Both the position numbers and the translations under genes were made by a program. DNA of 64,000 bases, from IMG/VR virus record IMGVR_UViG_3300027708_000012, positions 124,001 through 188,000 of that record, one strand, 5' to 3'. The notes beneath the pieces were generated by a model. The model was not told where the DNA came from, made no database searches, and saw nothing but the letters and a program-made list of their open reading frames with translations. Positions 39,153 through 47,100 of the stretch are shown here, one piece after another. Each line of letters begins with the position of its first letter. Position 1 is the first letter of the stretch.

Positions 39153-40845
39153 GTACGCTTGCCTCTAATGCGTCAAGTTTATTAATCGACTCTTCATCAA
39201 AGTCGGGCTCTTCTTCTGATTGTACAGGATCTGGATCTACTTCGTCAAATAATACGGAGAACATTTTACCTGCATTAACAGTTTTCTTACCGGTAGCACC
39301 TCGTGTACCTGGAATAGCTTGCCAAAATTTATCAAAACTATCAATAATAGCTTCAGCGGTAGCACGATCGGGTGTACTAAAGATAGCATCAACTACATCT
39401 TTAAAGTAAACACGTTCAAACTTTTCATCTACTAACATAGCAGGACATAGTCCGGCATCGTATTGACGATTAGCTTCTTGTACACTATTCAAATGTAGCC
39501 AAACATTATGGCCCATCATAATAGCGTAAGTGAAACTATCCCAACTTGTTTTACCTTCTTTGCCTATTTTATTTAGGTCTCCTGGGCCGTAGATACAAAT
39601 ATCTTTAACTTCTACTCCATCCATTAATGGACTTGTAGTAAATGACTCAAAATGCCCATCTTGTACTACGACGTCTTGGAATAATCTAGTATCTTTGGCG
39701 TATTTTTTGTTGTCAAGACTTGGCAACATGCGGTAGAGCCACTTTTCTCTATCTTTGATTTCTGTTTGGACATAGATTTGTCCGTTTGCTGTTGCCAAAA
39801 ACGGTGAGGCGCAGTCAAAAGATATGGTAAAGTTTTCATTATGGTATTTCCTAATTGCTCGTTGTATGTCAGTTAATAATAATGCCCACTCTAATTTAGA
39901 GGTGCCCAGGAAGTGCATCCAATCTTGATGACCTTTTTCAAGTAAGCCGTCAAATTTCAATGCCACTAATCTACGTAATACTAAATCTACATCGCACATG
40001 TTTTGTCCACCCATAGCCCAGCCATTAAAAGCCTTGTCGCCATAGATTTTAGGATCGCAAAAATCTTTCATTTGCTGATACCAGTCTTCTGCTTGTCCGT
40101 GATTCTCGCCTTGCAATACGTTTAAGAACTTACAAGCACCAGTACGATGTTTGATAAAGTATTCATTGTTATACTTTGTAGCATTTACCGCTTGTTGATA
40201 TGAACTAATGCCAGTGGCTTTCTTACCAACAGGACTACGTTCTACCCAGGCTGGAATATCGAGCACCATGCCATAGTCCATGAGTGCATCCATCCATGCT
40301 AACACTTGTTCACGTTTCTTTTGTGCCGCATCTAACAATGCTTGATAGTTTTTAACATGGTCAATCTTAGTATACTTAGGATTGCCGTTTTTGTCTGTCT
40401 TAGGATGTCCTGTTGGATGTAGTTGTGGTACTAGTTCAACACCTTTTGCCATTACTTCTTTCCATTTAGCCGCAACTTCAGGACCGTTAGGATCTCGCCA
40501 TTCGCCTGCCCACACGCCTTTACCAATCTGGAATCCGCCCGAGTCGCCTAATACCCAGCTAGTAGATCTATCTCTATTTCGAAACATATCTTCACTAGGA
40601 TCAAATTTAGTTAAATCTAAATTAGCATGACCTGCTGAATACAAACAGTGGTCAAAGTAAAATGCCGCATTAGGGTTCAGGTAGTTCATAGCTTCAATGC
40701 CTAATGGTCCAAAGCTAGCAGGAATACGTGCAGGATCAACATAGTTACTATGACGCTGTTTACCTATGTAAGTGCTATAAAACCCTGACGTTGCTGGCAG
40801 GAAATATGCATAGTCTAATTGAGTTGCTGTTAAATTTTTATTCAT
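39139..40845 (-). CDS. tRNA-guanine transglycosylase-fold protein, probable DNA 7-deazaguanine transglycosylase (DpdA-like)
   Basis: DSGGFQ, MVLDIP, NVLQG, HFLG and SFDCASP motifs. No CxCxxC Zn motif of tRNA TGT. Clustered with folE, queD and queE. Confidence 0.8.
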   Translation of the reverse strand: MNKNLTATQLDYAYFLPATSGFYSTYIGKQRHSNYVDPARIPASFGPLGIEAMNYLNPNAAFYFDHCLYSAGHANLDLTKFDPSEDMFRNRDRSTSWVLGDSGGFQIGKGVWAGEWRDPNGPEVAAKWKEVMAKGVELVPQLHPTGHPKTDKNGNPKYTKIDHVKNYQALLDAAQKKREQVLAWMDALMDYGMVLDIPAWVERSPVGKKATGISSYQQAVNATKYNNEYFIKHRTGACKFLNVLQGENHGQAEDWYQQMKDFCDPKIYGDKAFNGWAMGGQNMCDVDLVLRRLVALKFDGLLEKGHQDWMHFLGTSKLEWALLLTDIQRAIRKYHNENFTISFDCASPFLATANGQIYVQTEIKDREKWLYRMLPSLDNKKYAKDTRLFQDVVVQDGHFESFTTSPLMDGVEVKDICIYGPGDLNKIGKEGKTSWDSFTYAIMMGHNVWLHLNSVQEANRQYDAGLCPAMLVDEKFERVYFKDVVDAIFSTPDRATAEAIIDSFDKFWQAIPGTRGATGKKTVNAGKMFSVLFDEVDPDPVQSEEEPDFDEESINKLDALEASVHDVT

Positions 40846-41097
40846 TTATTTTCTTATCCATACAAAATAATATGGGTCAAATGCCCAACCTTCTGGCGGA
40901 TTTAATGGGTCAAATCTTTCTGGATTAACATAAGGAGTTATTGGATTACTAAACCACTCTGTATACCTACGTGTTATTTCTTCTCTATCGCGATCGCTAG
41001 TATACTCATGGGCCATACGGCCTTCGGTTATGGTTTCGTATTCTCCGCCGAACCACATCCAAGGCCATATTCCATGAGTAAAAAACTTTTTAATCAT
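40846..41097 (-). CDS. Hypothetical protein
   Basis: 83 aa ORF. Confidence 0.5.
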   Translation of the reverse strand: MIKKFFTHGIWPWMWFGGEYETITEGRMAHEYTSDRDREEITRRYTEWFSNPITPYVNPERFDPLNPPEGWAFDPYYFVWIRK

Positions 41098-42259
41098 TGT
41101 CTATCTCAGGTTTGTAAAACACTCGAGCCATTGGCACAGCACTTACAGTGCTAATTAAACTCATAATCACTACGGCAGCAAACATATTAACACTAATAAC
41201 GTTGGCTGTCAACAGCATAGTAACCAAGAAGATTTCCATCAGGCCTTTGTTTTGTAGCAAAGCAGTTTTGAAACAAACAACTCTGAGTCCTTGGTCCTTA
41301 TAAGCTAACCAAACACCGACAAACTTAGTCCCAACAGCAATGATATACATAGCAATGGCACCTAGTAGAATAGTTTCAAAATCTAAAGTCCAATTAGTCT
41401 TTAAACCAGACCAGATAAAGAACACAGGCATTAACCAAACCATTTGCTGTTCGGCCATTCCTTCATTCCATTTAATAGTATCTCGTGGAGTAATCATACC
41501 TGCTAAGAACGCACCTAATACATAGTGTAATCCCGCCCAATGACTAAATGCCGCCATAGTCAATACCATAGCAACTGTTAAATTAGCATACGATTTTTCG
41601 CCGGCAAGCTCTAAAACCTTAGGCCAAACAAAATACAATACTGATAATACTGCAAAGAATATAGCCGAGTAGATAGCATACTTGCCCATACTAACAATAA
41701 CAGCTACAGTTAGCCATAGAACTAAATCGTCAAAGGTAACTAAGGCCAGTAGCTTACGACCCATGTTACTAGGCCACATACCAATTTCTTTACAAGCAAT
41801 AACCAGCATTGGCATAGCTGTAATACAAGTGGCTACACCCATGCCCCAAGCATATTGCCAGAATGGTCGTTCTGTAGTATGCCAAACAGGATTATCAAAG
41901 AACAATAAAAAACTACAGCCTGCTAATAAGATAGGAACAATAATAACTTGGAATGATTGTATCCAAATACTATTACCTTCTTGTGCTATAACTTCTTTAG
42001 GTTTAAGTTCGATACCGGCAATAAAAGCAAAGATTGTAATTGCTAAAATTTGAATAGCATCTAACCCTGTCTTAATCGGCGCAGTAAAAACTGTGCTAAA
42101 CAGCTCTGGATAAAACTGCCCTAGCGCACTAGGCCCAAGGCAAATGCCAAAGGCAATTTGCGCCATTGGCAACGGAATCCACTTTTCCATTCGTGTAATT
42201 TTTAATAGTAGCCACGGTATAAACACCATAGCGGCTATAATAAACAATAAATTACCCAT
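41090..42259 (-). CDS. Cation/H+ antiporter (CPA2, membrane domain only)
   Basis: About 12 hydrophobic segments, with GICLGPS, FIAGIE, FDD, LGAFLAG and PVFF..SG. Confidence 0.85.
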   Translation of the reverse strand: MGNLLFIIAAMVFIPWLLLKITRMEKWIPLPMAQIAFGICLGPSALGQFYPELFSTVFTAPIKTGLDAIQILAITIFAFIAGIELKPKEVIAQEGNSIWIQSFQVIIVPILLAGCSFLLFFDNPVWHTTERPFWQYAWGMGVATCITAMPMLVIACKEIGMWPSNMGRKLLALVTFDDLVLWLTVAVIVSMGKYAIYSAIFFAVLSVLYFVWPKVLELAGEKSYANLTVAMVLTMAAFSHWAGLHYVLGAFLAGMITPRDTIKWNEGMAEQQMVWLMPVFFIWSGLKTNWTLDFETILLGAIAMYIIAVGTKFVGVWLAYKDQGLRVVCFKTALLQNKGLMEIFLVTMLLTANVISVNMFAAVVIMSLISTVSAVPMARVFYKPEIDND

Positions 42260-42434
42260 TTGTTCTCCCCCATTTAATTTTTAACCAGACTCGTTCCATA
42301 ATATAATGTACAGCAGTTAAGATAATATGAATAATAATAGCATCACTTAGCCCAGTCCATATGGCGGTTATAAGTAATGCTATTATTCGATAGCTTACTG
42401 CTCGTAGTATAGTACGTTTATGTGTTTCAGTCAT
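42252..42434 (-). CDS. Small membrane protein (DUF2061-like)
   Basis: ETHKRTILRAVSYRI...HYIMERVW..IKWG. Confidence 0.65.
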   Translation of the reverse strand: MTETHKRTILRAVSYRIIALLITAIWTGLSDAIIIHIILTAVHYIMERVWLKIKWGRTNG

Positions 42435-43177
42435 TACTTGCTTTGTGCTGGCAAGATGTATTCGTATACTGCAATACCGCTATCAACTGAAATATTCAAT
42501 GCGCCGGCATCTGCAATACGCATAGTCTTATCGCCTGTTAAATTCAAAATACTTTGAACTTGTGTAACTGGCCAAGACCATGTTTGTTTCAATTTTCCAG
42601 TAACACCTGATTGAAATACAAAATTACCAGTGTGTGTACTTGCATCACCAAAGCTAAACACTAGATTATTATCTTTAGTAGTAACTTGGAATGTTTGTTC
42701 TTCGCTATGCGCAGCACTTTGAAATTTAAAACGCTGAATACTAGCCATAGCAGGCTCAAATTCTAGATCCCAATGCGATCCTTTGAATTTGACGCTTTTT
42801 AATTTTTCGTTAATGACGTCTTGATTCATAAAACGATAATCGTTTTCAAAGTCTCCACCGCCATTCTGGAAATGCAAACCTGTTGGAATCTCCTCGCCGT
42901 TACGTTCTTGCTTTACTACCTTAATAGTAAAGTTTTCTTTGTACTCTGGGCACTTTAGTATAATGTCTAATTTATTAAGATTAGGCATTCCGAATGTGCC
43001 TTCAAAGTCTTCAACTGGCGCTTTAGTCTTGGCGTTAAGAATCACACTGCGATCTTCTGCCATAGACTCAATAGTCACGTCTGTTGTGGTAGCCGAAACT
43101 TTTACCAAAGGTAAAAATCCTAGACTATGCGTGTGTGCTACTAGGTCTTGTAATACGTCTTTCATATAGTTCTCCAT
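42434..43177 (-). CDS. Probable DNA polymerase sliding clamp (gp45-like)
   Basis: About 245 aa with a two-repeat beta/alpha pattern and C-terminal YEYILPA, close to polB. Confidence 0.55.
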   Translation of the reverse strand: MENYMKDVLQDLVAHTHSLGFLPLVKVSATTTDVTIESMAEDRSVILNAKTKAPVEDFEGTFGMPNLNKLDIILKCPEYKENFTIKVVKQERNGEEIPTGLHFQNGGGDFENDYRFMNQDVINEKLKSVKFKGSHWDLEFEPAMASIQRFKFQSAAHSEEQTFQVTTKDNNLVFSFGDASTHTGNFVFQSGVTGKLKQTWSWPVTQVQSILNLTGDKTMRIADAGALNISVDSGIAVYEYILPAQSK

Positions 43178-43185
43178 GATGTGTT

Positions 43186-43214
43186 ATTATATAGGTTTTT
43201 TTAGACAATGTCAA
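43186..43214 (-). promoter_or_regulatory. Consensus sigma70 promoter
   Basis: TTGACA-17 nt-TATAAT. Confidence 0.85.
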
Positions 43215-43984
43215 GGATTTTTCCTTACCTTTTTGTTATACTTTATTGCCGTTTCTAATATAGATAGATTAACATCTAATCTGTTTCCATAACGTATAAA
43301 TGCTGTTGTGTCTTTGGGAAAGCATGCTCCGCCAAAGCCTCGTTGATCATCAGGCCCAGGTACTTGCATATGACTATGGCCGATTCGATTGTCGTATGAT
43401 AGTACTTGCCGAATTACATCAAAGTCTGCACCGTTCTGCTCGCATATGTCATATAGCTGATTAAAAAACGATACTTTCAAACTTAAAAAACAATTAGTGG
43501 CATATTTGATTGTACTAGCTTCTGCAAATGTAGTGTTTAAAAATGATTTACAATTAGGCAACGATTCTTCAAACATTGTTTGCCACATTTTTCCAGGATC
43601 TTCTCCTCCTAGAATCATATACTTTTGATTGGCAAAATCTTCGTTAGCACTGGCCGATCGTAGAAATTCTGGACTGTAACAAATATCGTGATCTTGATAA
43701 TTATCAGCCAACTCTTCTAAGTAGTCAGGCGGTACTGTCGATTTTATCAAAACAGGTACACCATACGGTAAGTTATTCAAGACTGATTCTATCTGTCTAG
43801 TATCACAATCACCGTCGGTTGTACCAGGTGTTCCAACACAAATAATAACTCCGTCAGGATTAGGAAAATCACCTAATGTCGAAGTTGAGAATCTTGGATC
43901 CACAATATGTAGTTCGTTTTGATCTTTTAATGAATTTGCTACAGCCTTGCCTACAAAACCGTAACCTGCAATTATAATTTTCAT
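43211..43984 (-). CDS. ugd: UDP-glucose/GDP-mannose dehydrogenase family protein (lacks C-terminal domain)
   Basis: GYGFVG, CVGTP, IKSTVPP, SPEFLR, KY..N.FL..KVSFFN and GFGGACFPKD. Confidence 0.85.
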   Translation of the reverse strand: MKIIIAGYGFVGKAVANSLKDQNELHIVDPRFSTSTLGDFPNPDGVIICVGTPGTTDGDCDTRQIESVLNNLPYGVPVLIKSTVPPDYLEELADNYQDHDICYSPEFLRSASANEDFANQKYMILGGEDPGKMWQTMFEESLPNCKSFLNTTFAEASTIKYATNCFLSLKVSFFNQLYDICEQNGADFDVIRQVLSYDNRIGHSHMQVPGPDDQRGFGGACFPKDTTAFIRYGNRLDVNLSILETAIKYNKKVRKNP

Positions 43985-43985
43985 A

Positions 43986-46655
43986 TTAAAACTCGAACAA
44001 TGAATTGAATGTATTTTTTTCTTCAGTACTATTGATATCCCAGTTCAGTACTCCGATCAAGTTATCTAACTTATTATCAATAATAGTCTGTTCCATCTCA
44101 GCATGATCAAAAGGCAATTCTTTAAACCACTGTGGCAAACGTAACTCATCTACAGGATATGCAACCGATGTAAATCCTAATGGATTAGGTTTGAGTTTAC
44201 ACACAATAACTTTAGCACCGTCTGTGATAGCCATGCTGTACTTGTCATTGTACATGCGTTTCAATGTATTCCAATTAATACTTGCACGTACATGTCCTGG
44301 CATATTGGCTTTACCCTGCTTGGCTTCCTTGGCTTGGTAGTCAGTAATGTTGTTAGCACGTTTAGGAGATCCCTTCTCCCAGCCTGGCCTAACTTTGAAT
44401 CTGATACGAAATTCACTAATCATATCTAGGACTTCTTGTTCAGGCTTGCCCATTAGAACCATTTCAAGAACATCGCTTAAAAAGTTCTGAATGAATTCTG
44501 GAGTATCACTACGTTTCAAGTCCAAGCCCATGGCCTTTATCTTACCTGGCTTGCCGTCTACGTCTGTACGCTTGCCTTCTTTATCATAGTAAAGAACAGC
44601 ATAACGTTTTTTGGTAATGAACAAACTCTTAGAGCCAACAATTTCACGACCTGCTTTAATAACTTCTCCACGAGATTTGGGACAATGAAATGTATTCAAC
44701 ATAAACTGAGGAAATGTGCTATTAACTTCTTCGGCTATTTGATCATACAACTGTATCACAGTCTCTTTACTCCACGGAATTAATCCCGCTTCGATGTCCT
44801 TCTGTAAAGTGCGAAAAGCACTAAAATAACAAGAATCAGTGTCACCATATATAATTGCCTTTCCTCTATAATCATACTCGCCGGCTACAATCTCATTGAC
44901 CTTACCAGCCATGTGTCTAACAATCTGACGACCAGTTAGTGTAGTTGATTGTCCGATACGCTTATCAAAGAATCTACAACCACTGTTAAGAATAGCACCA
45001 TACAAACTGTTCAAGTTAATCTTTTTAACTAACTGTCGCTTGTCCCAGTATTCTTCTTCAACTTTATTGCCAGCTTTAATTGCTTCTTTTAATTTGGCCT
45101 GCATTTCCTTACGTTCAGCATACCAACGTTTTAGCAAGCCGGGGATAATACCTTCTTTCTCATATGTAAAGATTGTGCCATTAGCACTAAGCATCCACGG
45201 CTGATTACTTTCGTATATAAGTCTATAGACTTCTGCAGCACTTAATACGTCAGTATCTCCATTTTCCCAATCAATAGTAATATCAGTTCCAATCTCCTGA
45301 TCCATTACAGTCGTATACTCTAAAGATCCAAAAATACCTTCCCACGCAGCCGCAAAACTCTTGCCTTTAGCCATTTGTAGTTCGATAAATTCTTCTGTTT
45401 TAGTTTGACGTAACTGTCCAACAATAGTTTCTGGCCCCATGTTAAGCGCACGAATGGCCGAAGGGTACAGACTGTTAATGTCTAGTGATCCAATCCAATC
45501 GTGAATGCCTTCTTTAGGATATGCGACATACGCACCAGCAGCCGCAGTATTTTCATCCCTGTCATCTTTCTTAATACGATTAGGAACCTGAAAACCTCTG
45601 CGATGACTTTCGTTAATAATGGCCTGCTCTGTTACAGCTACAGCACCCATTGTTGTTTGTAGTAATACTGTATTTTCATGAGCAAGTGTATTTGCAATAT
45701 CTAGAAACTTTAATTTTTTATCAAGTCTATCTAGTAGCGAAGTATCTTGTCTGTTATATTCAATAAATGTTTTAAAGTCATTGTTATATAATTGATCAAG
45801 TGTACCTTCATATTGAGTTTTACGCTCACCGAGTTCGTACTCGGCAATGGCATCTAATCGATAGCTATGACGTTCTTCATATGTGTACTTACGATACAAT
45901 TCAAGACTATCTAAATGTACTCGTCCAATAAAATCGTATGTTACTGACTGTCTACCAAACTTTTCATATTCTCGGCGTTTCGGATATTGATCAAATAGAC
46001 AAAAACGTCTTGTGTCATCTTTACTTAAGACTTTAGTTACTCTATGAACTGTATACGGAACGTCGTAGCCTTCACTGTTCCAACCAGTTAATATGTCTGC
46101 ATCTTGAATAAGATCAAGAAATGCATCCAACATCTCTGCTTCTGTTTTAAACAGCATTGTATTAGGAAACTCTTTGATAGCCTCGTGTGCTTGTTCCCAA
46201 GTTAATGTTTTTGGAGGTACTGCAAAACATACAAGTGTTTCCAACCATTGTAGGTGAACTGCAATCGAAGTAATTGGCATAAAAGCATCTTCTGGAGTGC
46301 TGTAGCCACGTTCCGGATCAAAGTCCACCTCAATGTCAAAAAATGCTACATTTAGCTTAGGAGCATCTTGATTAAGATAGTGTTCACTTAATGTTACAAA
46401 GATTGGATTGATATCGCTTTCAAACAATTCTTTGCCGCTATTAATGGCTTGTTCTTTGCGTAGTTCTTTTGTGTTCTTACAGACAATACGTGTTAACGCA
46501 TCTCCGTATATTGATTGAAATTTGCCGCGTGGGTCTTTGACGTAAAACGTGTGCTTGACAGGAATGTCACGAAACTCACGTTCACCTTTCTTATTACGTT
46601 CAACTACTTTAACGATATCGTTCTCGCGGTCAAACCATGCGTCTACATAAGACAT
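43986..46655 (-). CDS. Family B DNA polymerase
   Basis: Exonuclease motifs DIE and GWNSEGYD; polymerase motifs DINSLYPS, K..LNSLYG, YGDTDS and KKRY. Confidence 0.97.
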   Translation of the reverse strand: MSYVDAWFDRENDIVKVVERNKKGEREFRDIPVKHTFYVKDPRGKFQSIYGDALTRIVCKNTKELRKEQAINSGKELFESDINPIFVTLSEHYLNQDAPKLNVAFFDIEVDFDPERGYSTPEDAFMPITSIAVHLQWLETLVCFAVPPKTLTWEQAHEAIKEFPNTMLFKTEAEMLDAFLDLIQDADILTGWNSEGYDVPYTVHRVTKVLSKDDTRRFCLFDQYPKRREYEKFGRQSVTYDFIGRVHLDSLELYRKYTYEERHSYRLDAIAEYELGERKTQYEGTLDQLYNNDFKTFIEYNRQDTSLLDRLDKKLKFLDIANTLAHENTVLLQTTMGAVAVTEQAIINESHRRGFQVPNRIKKDDRDENTAAAGAYVAYPKEGIHDWIGSLDINSLYPSAIRALNMGPETIVGQLRQTKTEEFIELQMAKGKSFAAAWEGIFGSLEYTTVMDQEIGTDITIDWENGDTDVLSAAEVYRLIYESNQPWMLSANGTIFTYEKEGIIPGLLKRWYAERKEMQAKLKEAIKAGNKVEEEYWDKRQLVKKINLNSLYGAILNSGCRFFDKRIGQSTTLTGRQIVRHMAGKVNEIVAGEYDYRGKAIIYGDTDSCYFSAFRTLQKDIEAGLIPWSKETVIQLYDQIAEEVNSTFPQFMLNTFHCPKSRGEVIKAGREIVGSKSLFITKKRYAVLYYDKEGKRTDVDGKPGKIKAMGLDLKRSDTPEFIQNFLSDVLEMVLMGKPEQEVLDMISEFRIRFKVRPGWEKGSPKRANNITDYQAKEAKQGKANMPGHVRASINWNTLKRMYNDKYSMAITDGAKVIVCKLKPNPLGFTSVAYPVDELRLPQWFKELPFDHAEMEQTIIDNKLDNLIGVLNWDINSTEEKNTFNSLFEF

Positions 46656-46669
46656 ATATTCTTTTCTCC

Positions 46670-46716
46670 TTTGTCATTTGAGGCTGACAAATACCTTCAT
46701 GCAATTTATGGCTTGC
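46670..46716 (-). promoter_or_regulatory. Tandem RNA hairpins abutting the polB Shine-Dalgarno (putative translational operator)
   Basis: On the minus strand: GCAA-GCCATAAA-TTGC and TTTGTCA-GCCTCAAA-TGACAAA, followed directly by GGAG. Confidence 0.55.
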
Positions 46717-46738
46717 TAACCTTTCTCTTTATTACTTA

Positions 46739-46996
46739 TTAGATACGTTTAGTAATATCTAAAATAGCTTCAATTTCTGCCCAATCTTCGTTATGAGCCG
46801 ACCAATCACCTTTGTGTGCAATCTTAATTGCACGATTAATAATGCTTGGTTTAATTTGCAATTCTTCTGCAACTGCTTTAACTGTTTCTTTTAAGCCTAC
46901 TGTTAAATCTTCAACTTCACGTAGTACTGTACTACCTTCGGAAATTAATCTTTCCAACTTTGCCTTTTCTTCTGGACCATATGAACGACCTGACAT
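46739..46996 (-). CDS. T4 DsbA-like dsDNA-binding protein
   Basis: 85 aa helical protein, 'LKETVKAVAEELQIKPSIINRAIKIAHK', immediately upstream of polB. Confidence 0.55.
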   Translation of the reverse strand: MSGRSYGPEEKAKLERLISEGSTVLREVEDLTVGLKETVKAVAEELQIKPSIINRAIKIAHKGDWSAHNEDWAEIEAILDITKRI

Positions 46997-47019
46997 GCTA
47001 TCTCCTAATGTATATGCCT

Positions 47020-47048
47020 ATTATATATTACTTATCTTATAAATGCAA
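47020..47048 (-). promoter_or_regulatory. Sigma70-like promoter
   Basis: TTGCAT-17 nt-TATAAT. Confidence 0.65.
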
Positions 47049-47069
47049 GCTCTAAAAAATTTTAGAGGT

Positions 47070-47096
47070 GAAAATGGCAGAAATTAATCTGCCATT
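47070..47096 (-). terminator. Probable intrinsic terminator
   Basis: 9-bp stem AATGGCAGA/TCTGCCATT immediately after the stop at 47101, with a short U-run. Confidence 0.55.
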
Positions 47097-47100
47097 ATAA

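Noticed and set aside
39139-40845. Call as ordinary queuine tRNA-ribosyltransferase (tgt)
   Set aside because: It lacks the CxCxxC...H zinc motif and is much longer. Context favours a DNA-acting DpdA-like enzyme, though this is unproven.
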